A stretch of DNA of 64,000 nucleotides from an uncultured bacterium (GCA_903894955.1 CAITSA010000028.1:8495-72494); one strand, 5' to 3'. Positions 9,210-18,561 are shown, numbered from the stretch's first letter. Made by a program: numbers and translations. Notes: a model not told the origin generated them from the sequence alone.

Positions 9210-9890
9210 TTATGCAATTTTTGATATATATTCTATAGCACCTAAGATTTTATTTCGTAAAGTTGTGCCTTTTCTTACTTTAACCCTTAAAATACCTTTA
9301 TACTTTTCTATGTTTTTCAAAGAAGCTTTTTTAAGATTCGTCTGAATATAAGTAGTTTTTGAAAATTGTTCTTTGGTAATACCTAAGAAGTTTATCCAAA
9401 AGGATTTTATATTATTTTCTTCTTTCCTAAAAAATTCATTCAAAGTAAGACGAAAGATAAGAGAATCTTTTTCCACATTCCATAATCCTAACCATTTAAA
9501 ATAAAAACGTATCATGTATGGATTACTGTTTGTAAACCCAAATTCACCATTTTCATATTTATAGCCTTCTCCCCAATACAATCCAAAACCAACCATTAAA
9601 ATATCTCTATCCGATAACGTACCTAAGGCTTTGATACCCTCTTGTCTTTGTAAAATATTTCTTTCAATTCTTTCTTTTCTCTTTAATTCAGAAAATCTTA
9701 AAAGACCCCTGACGGATTCTAGCTTTCCTTGTGTTTTTATTTTTTTTATTGCAGATTCAGTGAGAATCATGTCTTTACACCAAAAACTAAGAGTGGATTT
9801 TGTGACATTTAACTTTTTTGAAATATCACCTAAACTCATACCACTTTTCCGCATTTTTTTTGCTGTTTCTTTTACTTGTGGATAGTACAT
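9210..9890 (-). CDS. HTH + LAGLIDADG-like (homing endonuclease-related) protein
   Basis: N-terminal HTH (GMSLGDISKKLNVTKSTLSFW); GFGLYWGEG helix followed by FTNSNP; start moved to ATG 9890 because the longer ORF overlaps the tRNA. Confidence 0.65.
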   Translation of the reverse strand: MYYPQVKETAKKMRKSGMSLGDISKKLNVTKSTLSFWCKDMILTESAIKKIKTQGKLESVRGLLRFSELKRKERIERNILQRQEGIKALGTLSDRDILMVGFGLYWGEGYKYENGEFGFTNSNPYMIRFYFKWLGLWNVEKDSLIFRLTLNEFFRKEENNIKSFWINFLGITKEQFSKTTYIQTNLKKASLKNIEKYKGILRVKVRKGTTLRNKILGAIEYISKIA

Positions 9891-9965
9891 AAGGTATATT
9901 ATAACTAAGAGTGAGTACAAAAACAACTTGCGTATTTTAAAAATATAATATAAAATAATCTGTAT

Positions 9966-10279
9966 AGCGGGGTAGAGAAGAGGCATCTCGTAAGGCTCAG
10001 CGGTATAAAATGGGCCCCCTCTTGGGAAACCTTGAGGTGAGCATTCGTCAAATTCGGAGAAATCCTCTCTGTTAATTAATAGAAGGACAATTCCGAGCTA
10101 AATTTTTTAACTTATGTTAAAAATAAATGTGTAGAGACTAGATGGCGAACTCCTTAATCTTTAAATTTATTTTTAGACAGGAGATGGTATAGTCCAGACC
10201 ACAAATTCAATTTGAAGCAGTGAAAACTGAAGTGGTAAAGCATAACCTTAAGACTCACGTTCGATTCGTGACCCCGCAA
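9966..10279 (+). tRNA. Initiator tRNA-fMet(CAT) interrupted by a group I intron (exons 9966-9997 and 10241-10279)
   Basis: Joined exons give AGCGGGG...TAAGG-CTCATAA-CCTTA...TCACG-TTCGATT-CGTGA-CCCCGCAA; 1:72 mismatch and A11-U24 are initiator traits. Confidence 0.9.
9998..10240 (+). ncRNA. Group I self-splicing intron (243 nt, no internal ORF)
   Basis: Follows exon U33 and ends in G; P1 GGCUCA/UGGGCC with U-G at the splice site; core-like segments CAAATTCGGAGAAA, AATTCCGAGCTA, GTAGAGACTAGATGG, GGTATAGTCC. Confidence 0.88.
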
Positions 10280-10367
10280 CTCTTCGTCGCAAAGCTCCTC
10301 AGAGTCTGCGACCGCTAGTATCTTTACGAAGAAGATACTGACGAAATATTAATGAGGAAGTAGAAAG

Positions 10368-11003
10368 CTAGATATAGCCATACTCATGAAAAATCTGCTC
10401 GTATAAAGCGATTACTCTTTTGGCTTCGTGTTGTGAAAGTTCAAAAGCTAAACCTTCATGGGCTATTCTGTTTCTAACAGTATGGACTTCCCAAGCTTTG
10501 GTCAGATTAGGAAAATTTTCTTGATTGGCTAATTTTAATCTATCACCTAAAGTTTCACCCCTAAAACCTAATTGATCCATCAAATTCTCCAGCATAGAGT
10601 CTGCCTCAATAATGGCAAGCTTCCAATCACTTGCATGTTGAGAAAACAGATAACTCAGGGTCTTGCTCCAACGTTCATTTTTTGAACCTCCGACTTCTTC
10701 ATGCAAATGTTTTTCATATTCAGCTTTATTGTGCGCATACTCCTCTATCTCATGTTTTAAATGCTTTTTTTCTTTAGCTCTGATTTCCAACAACCGAACG
10801 GCGGTATAACAAATTATTACCAAAAAAAACATGGCCAAAAAGAAAAGGGCTGTCTTCCCAAGATTTGTCACTTGTTCGCTAAAAATATAAGAAAAAAAAT
10901 TGTGAAGATAGGTAACCCCGTGATTAAATAAATATCCCGGATCAAAATATTTAGAATCAAAAAAGGAACCGGACAGCAAATTATTTTGATTGACTGTTTC
11001 CAT
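10368..11003 (-). CDS. Conserved-type hypothetical membrane protein
   Basis: One TM; WKLAIIEADSML, GETLGDRLK, AWEVHTVRNRIAHE motifs. Confidence 0.75.
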   Translation of the reverse strand: METVNQNNLLSGSFFDSKYFDPGYLFNHGVTYLHNFFSYIFSEQVTNLGKTALFFLAMFFLVIICYTAVRLLEIRAKEKKHLKHEIEEYAHNKAEYEKHLHEEVGGSKNERWSKTLSYLFSQHASDWKLAIIEADSMLENLMDQLGFRGETLGDRLKLANQENFPNLTKAWEVHTVRNRIAHEGLAFELSQHEAKRVIALYEQIFHEYGYI

Positions 11004-11047
11004 ATATAGTAAATTATACCCTGTAGCAGAATTTTTTCAAAATTCTG

Positions 11048-12484
11048 CTACAGGGCTATATTAGCCTCAAATTTCTTGCCAATTTCAAAGAGTAAATCCT
11101 CTGCCCCATGTGAGGCCATAAGTTGAATTCCAAGTGGTAATCTTTTTCCTGCCTGCGCAAGGTCTTCTATTTCCATGAAACCTGATGGTAAAGAAACAGC
11201 TGGCACGCCGACAAGGTTAGCGGTCACGGTAAAGATATCAGCTAAATACATAGAAAGTGGATCACTTTTCTCCCCTATTTTCCAAGCCGGAATGGGAGAG
11301 GTTGGTGTTAAGATTAAATCAACTTCAGAAAATAATTCTATAAACTCTTTTCTTAAAGCTATTCTGGCTTTTTGTGCCTTGCCATAATAAGCATCATAAT
11401 ATCCAGCCGAAAGCACGTAAGCGCCAAGTAAAATTCTTCTGCGAGTTTCCTTGCCAAAACCAGCGCCCTTGGTTAGTAAATAGTCTTCCAGTAAATTTTT
11501 ACCATCTTTATGCAAACCGTATCTTACTCCATCAAAACGAGCTAGGTTAGTTGAAACTTCAGCAAAATTAATAATGTAATATAGAGCTAGGCAATTTGGT
11601 AATTTAATATCTTTAATTTTATAACCTAAATTCTCAAAACTTTTTACTACTTCTTCAAAATTTTTCTTTATTTCAAGATTAATTCCTTCTTGATTTATCA
11701 AGTCCCAAGGTACACCAATAATTAATTCTTTTTTGAGAGAAATTTTCTCATAAAAGTTATCAGGAACACTAGTGCTGTCTAAGATATCGTTTCCTTTTAT
11801 GACATCAAATATAATTTGAGCATCTTCTGTCGTTTTAGTAATTGGCCCAATAACATCAAAAGATGATACTGCCGCGATAAGGCCATAACGAGAGACTCCC
11901 CCATAAGTAGGTTTCATTCCAACTACTCCACAAAAAGCAGCTGGGTGACGAACTGAGCCTCCAGTATCTGAACCTAAGGACGCCAATGCCATATTACTGG
12001 CCACGGCAACGGCTGAACCACCAGAAGTACCTCCAGGCACTCTATTGGTATCGTGAGGATTTTTGGTCACTCCATAGGCAGAATTTTCAGTCGAACTCCC
12101 TAAGGCAAATTCATCCATATTTGTTCGGCCCAGAAATACCGCTCCTTGTTTCTTCAACTTAATTATTGCAGTGGCGTCATAAGAAGCTGTATAATTTTCT
12201 AAAATTTTTGAGGCCGAAGAAACTTTTCTACCTTTGATTAAAATAACATCTTTAATGGCCAAAGGAATACCCAAAAGCGGAGATGAATCCCCTTTAGCGA
12301 TCCGCTCATCTGCCTCTTTTGCTTGATCTAACACATCATCATAGACTTCTAAATAAGCATTGAGTTCTTTGTTTTTCTTTTCAATCTCAGCTAAATAAGC
12401 TTTCGCTAAATCTACCGCGGAAAAAATTTTTCCATCAAGAGCCACTCTTGCTTTAGTGATAGTGAGAGTATCTAAATCAATCAT
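11048..12484 (-). CDS. gatA: Asp/Glu-tRNA amidotransferase subunit A
   Basis: Amidase signature GRTNMDEFALGSSTENS, GGTSGGSA, GSDTGGSVR; RRILLG, YYDAYY. Confidence 0.97.
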   Translation of the reverse strand: MIDLDTLTITKARVALDGKIFSAVDLAKAYLAEIEKKNKELNAYLEVYDDVLDQAKEADERIAKGDSSPLLGIPLAIKDVILIKGRKVSSASKILENYTASYDATAIIKLKKQGAVFLGRTNMDEFALGSSTENSAYGVTKNPHDTNRVPGGTSGGSAVAVASNMALASLGSDTGGSVRHPAAFCGVVGMKPTYGGVSRYGLIAAVSSFDVIGPITKTTEDAQIIFDVIKGNDILDSTSVPDNFYEKISLKKELIIGVPWDLINQEGINLEIKKNFEEVVKSFENLGYKIKDIKLPNCLALYYIINFAEVSTNLARFDGVRYGLHKDGKNLLEDYLLTKGAGFGKETRRRILLGAYVLSAGYYDAYYGKAQKARIALRKEFIELFSEVDLILTPTSPIPAWKIGEKSDPLSMYLADIFTVTANLVGVPAVSLPSGFMEIEDLAQAGKRLPLGIQLMASHGAEDLLFEIGKKFEANIAL

Positions 12485-12753
12485 AATATCTTTTTTACTT
12501 TTAAAAATCCATCTTGCGCATCAGGAAATTGTTTCACAATAAGTTCTGGGGAAAAATCACGTTGTTCTATCGTATCTTCCCGCCAAACATTGCGAACACC
12601 ATGTTCTGGTTCTGTGTCTTCAATTTTCATCTCTTCTATTTGTTTTACATAACCCAAAATACTATCCATGTCATGGAGTAAATCTCTTTTTTCATCTTCC
12701 GAGAGCTCAATTCTTGCAAGTTTTGCTAGGTTTTCTACATCTTTAATATCCAT
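12481..12753 (-). CDS. gatC: Asp/Glu-tRNA amidotransferase subunit C
   Basis: VENLAKLARI...NVWRED...FLKVKKIL; overlaps the gatA start. Confidence 0.93.
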   Translation of the reverse strand: MDIKDVENLAKLARIELSEDEKRDLLHDMDSILGYVKQIEEMKIEDTEPEHGVRNVWREDTIEQRDFSPELIVKQFPDAQDGFLKVKKIL

Positions 12754-12798
12754 ATAAAAAGTATAACAAAAATAGTAAAAATATAAAAACTTATATTT

Positions 12799-13692
12799 TT
12801 ACCCCACTAGCGCTTTAATTCTTTCTTCTATTGGTGGATGAGTGGCAAAAAAACCACTGATTTTTTTACCCAATTTTGAACCTTTAGGATCAGCTATGTA
12901 GAGATGTGCAATAGCACTAGATTGATGAACCATTGGCTGGCTATATTGAGAAATTTTACGAAGCGCATTGGCTAGTCCTTCTGGATAGCGAGTAAGCAAC
13001 GCACCAGAAGCATCAGCTAGAAATTCGCGTTTTCTAGAAATAGCTAATTGAATCAAGATCGCGATTAGTGGAGCCAAGATAGATAGAATAATTCCAATAA
13101 TCATAAAAATAGCATTACTTCCCCCTTCATTGTCTCTACTTTTTCCTAAATTACCGAAAAATAAATTTCGCCTGAAAACATCTGCAATGATAGAAATAAA
13201 TCCTACAAGTACCACTACCACCGTCGAAAGCAACATGTCGCGATTGCCGACATGCGAAAGTTCATGCGCGATCACTCCCTCTAGTTCTGTTTTGTCTAAA
13301 ATACCAAGCAACCCAGTCGTTACTGCCACTACTGCATGTTCTTTGTTTCGCCCAGTAGCAAAAGCGTTCGGTGCATTGTCGGTAACAATATACACTTTAG
13401 GCATAGGAAGTCCGGCTGTAATAGCAAGGTTCTCAACAGTAGTATATAAATTAAAATTATCTTCTCTTTTGGCAATTTTGGCTCCAGCTAAAGTAAGAAC
13501 AATTTTATCTGAAAACCAATAGGAAAAAATATTCATTAAAATACTAAAAATAACAAAAAAATACAAAATATTCGGATTACCATAATAAAGACTAAAAGCC
13601 CAACCAAGGCCAATAACAACAATAAAAAATATTGACATTAGAAGCCAAGTTTTCATCACGTTCTTTGATTGTTCAGTATAAAGGTTTGTCAT
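12799..13692 (-). CDS. htpX: Zinc metalloprotease HtpX
   Basis: PNAFATGR, HELSH, SRKREFLAD, THPPIEERI. Confidence 0.95.
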   Translation of the reverse strand: MTNLYTEQSKNVMKTWLLMSIFFIVVIGLGWAFSLYYGNPNILYFFVIFSILMNIFSYWFSDKIVLTLAGAKIAKREDNFNLYTTVENLAITAGLPMPKVYIVTDNAPNAFATGRNKEHAVVAVTTGLLGILDKTELEGVIAHELSHVGNRDMLLSTVVVVLVGFISIIADVFRRNLFFGNLGKSRDNEGGSNAIFMIIGIILSILAPLIAILIQLAISRKREFLADASGALLTRYPEGLANALRKISQYSQPMVHQSSAIAHLYIADPKGSKLGKKISGFFATHPPIEERIKALVG

Positions 13693-13697
13693 GGTTT

Positions 13698-14759
13698 TTA
13701 TTTCTTCTGGGCTGAATTATAACTTTTAATTACCGATTGGATATATTCTCCCTTACAGCCGAGAGTTTGAATTTTATTTGGGTCAAGATTGTTTTCCACA
13801 AACAGGCCTAGGGTTCCATAAAAATATATTTGAATGGCATATTTACTCAAATCTGTTTTATCAGAAACACTAAACTGTGGAGTGGTAGGTTTAGTATTAT
13901 CTATTTCTTTAACAATATCAAGGGGGCATGAAATATACTGAAGAGCTAATTTTTTACCAGTAATATCTACCAAGGTACTGTCTTCTCCATAAGATAACTT
14001 AAAATCGCAAGCATTTTGTAATTTAATAATTTCAAAAACATTTGGAAAGAAATCATCTTTTAGAATACCCTTAGCGTTTTCACAATTTACAGCGCTAGCC
14101 CCCAAGCAAGAGAGTACAGGATTATTTTTATAAGTGGTAGGATCATCTAATTTAGGAGCCACACCTATTCCACAATCTTTAACTTTGGCCACTGGTTGCA
14201 TTACAGGAGTTTGGACTACTGCATTATTATCCAACGGTGCCTTATTTGTATTAAAAATTTTTCCAAAATCAAAAGCCGGCATTTTAAAAGAAGGAATATG
14301 GATATTTTTAAAACTATTTACTAATGAGTTCCAAGAATTGGTAGACAATTCTTGGGAGCTCTTAACTGAAGAATTCCAAAAATTAATTATTTGTGGTCGA
14401 TAAAAATACAAAGAAAATACACAAAACAACCCGATGATAATTAAAATTAAAATTTGCCAATTTAATTTTAATTTTAATTTTTGAGTTGGGGTTGGAGTTG
14501 GAGTTTCTGTCGTTGAAATTATTGGTTTTTCCAGCGTAGAGATATCTGGACCGAGTGCTGGAACAATTTCATCTTGTTTTTTTTGAAAAACAAGATTAGG
14601 GAGAACAATCCCTTGCATTGGAATTACAGTTCTAAAGGCTGCGCTTAAATCAGCCTCACTCCATTTACCACTAGAAATCAATGATTTGTAAATTTCTTCA
14701 CGAGTTTTGCCTTTAGAAATTTCTGTTCGTACATATTCTAAAATTTCTGGAGTAACCAT
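13698..14759 (-). CDS. Hypothetical single-pass membrane protein with a Cys-containing C-terminal domain
   Basis: 353 aa; TP repeat linker; one TM; lies between lemA and htpX. Confidence 0.7.
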   Translation of the reverse strand: MVTPEILEYVRTEISKGKTREEIYKSLISSGKWSEADLSAAFRTVIPMQGIVLPNLVFQKKQDEIVPALGPDISTLEKPIISTTETPTPTPTQKLKLKLNWQILILIIIGLFCVFSLYFYRPQIINFWNSSVKSSQELSTNSWNSLVNSFKNIHIPSFKMPAFDFGKIFNTNKAPLDNNAVVQTPVMQPVAKVKDCGIGVAPKLDDPTTYKNNPVLSCLGASAVNCENAKGILKDDFFPNVFEIIKLQNACDFKLSYGEDSTLVDITGKKLALQYISCPLDIVKEIDNTKPTTPQFSVSDKTDLSKYAIQIYFYGTLGLFVENNLDPNKIQTLGCKGEYIQSVIKSYNSAQKK

Positions 14760-14770
14760 AAATTCAAAAA

Positions 14771-15322
14771 CTAGAACTTCACTTCAACGGGATTCTGGGC
14801 AACGTCGTTGTCAGGAAGATCAAAGAATTCCATTTTAGAGAAATTAAACATACCGGCAATAAGATTACCTGGAAAACTTTCAATAGAAATATTCAAATCT
14901 CGAACATTGATATTGTAGAATCTACGAGCAGCTTGAATTTTATTTTCTGTATCTGAAAGTTCGTTCTGGAGTGCCAAGAAATTCTGATTGGCTTTTAAAT
15001 CTGGATAAGCTTCGGCAATGGCAAAAACGGATTTCAAGGCTCCGGTAAGCATATTTTCTGCTTGTCCTTTATCTGCTAAATTACTTCCCGCACCCATCGC
15101 AACTGATCTCGCCTTAGTAACATTCTCAAAAGCGCTAGATTCGTGAGTAGCGTATCCCTTTACAGTATTTACTAAATTTGGAATTAAATCATATCGACGC
15201 TTCAACTGCACTTCAATATCCGCCCAAGCTTCTCTAGCTCGGTTACGAAGAGAAACAAAACGATTAAAAATAAAGATTAATAATAAAACTACAACTCCTA
15301 AAATTATTAAAAGATACATCAT
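14771..15322 (-). CDS. lemA: LemA family protein
   Basis: IEVQLKRRYDLIPNLV, AEAYPDLKAN, ENKIQAARRFYN; start moved to ATG 15322 after a -10 box. Confidence 0.95.
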   Translation of the reverse strand: MMYLLIILGVVVLLLIFIFNRFVSLRNRAREAWADIEVQLKRRYDLIPNLVNTVKGYATHESSAFENVTKARSVAMGAGSNLADKGQAENMLTGALKSVFAIAEAYPDLKANQNFLALQNELSDTENKIQAARRFYNINVRDLNISIESFPGNLIAGMFNFSKMEFFDLPDNDVAQNPVEVKF

Positions 15323-15337
15323 ACTTGTATTGTAGCA

Positions 15338-15414
15338 CCCAGTAGTGAATTTTGGCAATGTGCTAGGGCACGTAAATTTTTTTAAAATTTACCTTGCCAA
15401 AATCTACTACTGGG
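15338..15414. mobile_element. 77-bp MITE-like element, copy 1 (TSD TAGCA)
   Basis: TIRs CCCAGTAGTGAATTTTGGCAA / TTGCCAAAATCTACTACTGGG; TAGCA at 15333-15337 and 15415-15419. Confidence 0.8.
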
Positions 15415-15468
15415 TAGCACTTATTTCCCGTCTGCAAAAGCTAGGCTTTAGCATTACGGGCAGGTTTC

Positions 15469-15514
15469 TTCTGCCACTCTTCTACTAAGACCAGTAGTGG
15501 TAAGTCTAAGAAAA
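15469..15514 (-). repeat. Direct-repeat copy of the secF 3' end
   Basis: 15469-15493 identical to 16198-16222 (25 nt); similarity continues with mismatches to about 15514/16243. Confidence 0.85.
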
Positions 15515-15548
15515 CGCCAGTAATAAGGACAGTCCTTGCTACTTTTTG

Positions 15549-16130
15549 CTATTCTTTTATTGCTTCAAGAATCATAGGAAGAAGAGAACTTGTTTTTTTC
15601 CCTGTACTTTCGTTCATGTCAAAAAACGCTGCGCTCCAAACAGACATTTCCTTTTCATCCAGAGTTATGGGGCGAGGTTCCGATGTTATTTTCAAACCAA
15701 CTTCATTTAAAACTTCCATTATATAATTAATACAAGCTTTTGTATCTACTATTATTATTTTCCCGTCTTTTTTTAAGACATTTTTTATATCTCTCATGAG
15801 TCTCGCGTATTTTTGTTTGTCTTCTTCAATAGTCGTTGAAGCTTCTTCTTTTGTGTTCAATTCTCCCATTAAAAAATTGGCACTCGCTTCACTAATTGTT
15901 CCTTCCAAAAATGGCAAATGGGAATCAATATCACTTTTCCAAATTATTGTATGTAAATTTTTAAGTTTTGAAGTTGAATTTTTGTTATTTGAAAGATTTG
16001 GAAATGGATCAAGTATAACAAAAGTTTTGTCTGGATTTTCTTTTGCCTTATTAAAAAGATACTCTCCTGTTCCGCCACCCACATCAATATGTATTTCTGG
16101 CTTTTGTGTTGGGATTAATTCGTTTCTCAT
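15549..16130 (-). CDS. Class I SAM-dependent methyltransferase-like protein
   Basis: IHIDVGGGTG motif I; VLKKDGKIII post-motif segment. Confidence 0.7.
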   Translation of the reverse strand: MRNELIPTQKPEIHIDVGGGTGEYLFNKAKENPDKTFVILDPFPNLSNNKNSTSKLKNLHTIIWKSDIDSHLPFLEGTISEASANFLMGELNTKEEASTTIEEDKQKYARLMRDIKNVLKKDGKIIIVDTKACINYIMEVLNEVGLKITSEPRPITLDEKEMSVWSAAFFDMNESTGKKTSSLLPMILEAIKE

Positions 16131-16187
16131 AATTTGATTATATTATTTGTGCGAGTTAAAAAATATCAAGGACTACCCTTGATATTT

Positions 16188-17090
16188 TTATTTTTTTTTC
16201 TGCCACTCTTCTACTAAGACCAAAAGTGGTGAGGCCAAGAAAATTGAAGAATATGTTCCAAAAAACATTCCAGCGGTAAGCATAAGAGCAAAATACCTTG
16301 TAGAAACAGGACCAAAGAAGAATAAGGCAAGTAACACCAAAATAACGGTCAATGATGTACAAATAGATCGGACATATGATTGCTCTAAGCTTTTACCAAC
16401 TATTTCACCAAAATTTATTTTAGCTATTGTGTTTTGATTTCTTAAATTTTCCCTGATTCGATCAAAAATAACTATCGTATCCGAAACAGAAAGACCTAAA
16501 ATAGTAAGAACTGCGACCACAAAAAGAGTATCGAGTTCTGCTCCATAATAATGAGAAAGTATCACAAACAATCCGACCGGTATCGCTACGTCATGTAAAA
16601 GTGTAATGATAGCAATGAGACCATATCTCCAAGAAGAAACTGGTTTAGAAACTTTTCTAAACGCAAAAGCAATAAAACAAATAATGGCCAAGGAAATTAA
16701 AATAATTGCCAAAATTGCTTTTCTGGTAAGTTCTTGACCAACTGTTGGTCCAACAGAATTAAAACTCATTTCCGTAAGAGGGTTATTGTTATTTAAAGAA
16801 AGTGTTTGTAATAAAGTGGTATGTTCCGAATCGCTCAAATCCCGAGTCTTAACAATATAACCAAAATCCCCTGTTGGCTGAAGAAGCACAGAACCGAAAC
16901 CAAGAGAAGCTAAAGACTTATCTAAAATGTCTTGAGCGGGACGCTCTGTTTTATAAACAACTTCCGTCAACGCTCCACCTTTAAAATCAATACCAACATT
17001 AAATCCAAAGACAAATAAAGAGAGGAGTGAAAGAGCGACCAAGACTACTGATATGCTAATGAATATTTTTTTGTATTTTATTATGAACAT
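16188..17090 (-). CDS. secF: Protein translocase subunit SecF
   Basis: GIDFKGG, VGPTVG, LHDV, SVSDTIVIFDRIRE, GTYSSIFLA. Confidence 0.96.
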   Translation of the reverse strand: MFIIKYKKIFISISVVLVALSLLSLFVFGFNVGIDFKGGALTEVVYKTERPAQDILDKSLASLGFGSVLLQPTGDFGYIVKTRDLSDSEHTTLLQTLSLNNNNPLTEMSFNSVGPTVGQELTRKAILAIILISLAIICFIAFAFRKVSKPVSSWRYGLIAIITLLHDVAIPVGLFVILSHYYGAELDTLFVVAVLTILGLSVSDTIVIFDRIRENLRNQNTIAKINFGEIVGKSLEQSYVRSICTSLTVILVLLALFFFGPVSTRYFALMLTAGMFFGTYSSIFLASPLLVLVEEWQKKK

Positions 17091-17133
17091 ATAAATTTAG
17101 TTATAAAGTTAAAAGTTTGTAAAGTTTGTAAAG

Positions 17134-18498
17134 TTATTTTGAGAGACCAGAATTAAATAAAAATCGAGCAACTTTTCCCTCTCCAATAAAACTAAATGCT
17201 CCTAGAAAAATTCTGGTAATAGTAATCGCGCTGAACATTGAGATGATAACTCCCAGTCCAAGGGTTAAAGCAAAACCTTTAATCAAAGATGTACCGAACC
17301 AAAAAAGAATAACCGCGGTGATAAAATTAGAAATATTTGAATCTCGAATAGAAAACCAAGCCCGAGAAAAGCCAGCAGAAATTGAATCATGGATACTTCG
17401 GCCAGAGCGCAATTCTTCTTTTATGCGTTCAAAAATAAGCACATTGGCGTCAACAGCTATCCCAATGGAAATTATAAACCCTGCGATCCCAGCCGCCGTT
17501 AAGGTGACAGGCATTAATTTGAAAAGCGCCAAGATGATAGAAATAAAAATACAAAGGGAAACGGTCGCGATTAATCCCGGCAAACGATATAAAAGAATAA
17601 GGAAAAGAGCCACCAATAAAAATCCAATGATAGCAGCCTTCACTCCGGCATTGACTGCGCTCTCTCCCAAAATAGCGCCAATGGTTTGAGTAGAAAGAAG
17701 AGTAATCGGCACAGGCAAAGCTCCAGAATTAAGTCTACCAACTAATAACTTTGCTTCAGTGGGAGTAAAACTACCAGAAATAACAGCTTGACCATTTGGA
17801 ATTTCTTCTCGAACAACTGGAGTAGAGATAGGAGCGCCATCTAAATAAATCGCTACCATTTTCCCCACGTTATTTTTAGTAATCTCTGCAAAGAGTTTCG
17901 TACCGACATCATTAAATTGCAAACTTACTTTTGGTTCACGAGTATTGGTATCAAATTCTAAAGTGGCTTTTTGTAAATATCGTCCAGTCAGCTCCGTGGA
18001 AACAAATTGAGGACTCGCATCCACGGTAACCTTGCCATTTTTATCAACTGTTGCATTCTGAGGAGTACCGGCAGGAGCTTCAGTTTTAAATTCAAGAAGC
18101 GGAGTTTGCCCGATCATCTCTATCGCTTGTTTAACATCAGTTACCCCAGGAAGATCAACTATTAACTGTTCTCCCGTTGCTCCAGAAACAAATCCACCAT
18201 GTTGCACTTGGACAACTGGCTCAGAAACTCCAAAAAGATTTATGCGTCTTTCAATTACATCACGAAGCGCATTCATTGAATCCCCAACTTGACCAGCTGG
18301 AACGGCAGAAATATCGGCTTTGTATATCAAATGGCTACCACCTGAGAGATCAAGCCCAAGACGAAAAGGATGATTTTTAAGAAATGAATAGGTAGTAGAA
18401 AAATTCTTGTTTAATCTAGGCTCAGATTTAAAAACAAAAAGGGCTATTCCCCCACCCAAAACAAGTATTATTAAAGCTAAAACTATTTTCTTCCACAT
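17134..18498 (-). CDS. secD: Protein translocase subunit SecD
   Basis: LGLDLSGG, RINLFGVSEP, LNSGALP, AVDANVLIFERIKEE. Confidence 0.96.
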   Translation of the reverse strand: MWKKIVLALIILVLGGGIALFVFKSEPRLNKNFSTTYSFLKNHPFRLGLDLSGGSHLIYKADISAVPAGQVGDSMNALRDVIERRINLFGVSEPVVQVQHGGFVSGATGEQLIVDLPGVTDVKQAIEMIGQTPLLEFKTEAPAGTPQNATVDKNGKVTVDASPQFVSTELTGRYLQKATLEFDTNTREPKVSLQFNDVGTKLFAEITKNNVGKMVAIYLDGAPISTPVVREEIPNGQAVISGSFTPTEAKLLVGRLNSGALPVPITLLSTQTIGAILGESAVNAGVKAAIIGFLLVALFLILLYRLPGLIATVSLCIFISIILALFKLMPVTLTAAGIAGFIISIGIAVDANVLIFERIKEELRSGRSIHDSISAGFSRAWFSIRDSNISNFITAVILFWFGTSLIKGFALTLGLGVIISMFSAITITRIFLGAFSFIGEGKVARFLFNSGLSK

Positions 18499-18561
18499 AA
18501 AGATAAGGATATTCTATACATTTTTAATAAAAAATGCAAATACTACAACAGGTGTAAATCA

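Noticed and set aside
9891-9986. N-terminal extension of the LAGLIDADG-like ORF
   Set aside because: Overlaps the tRNA-fMet exon and promoters; ATG 9890 is more plausible.
10281-10345. Further palindromic element after tRNA-fMet (and a similar GC-rich stretch at 1090-1128)
   Set aside because: Weak hairpins with no clear second copy or boundaries in this window.
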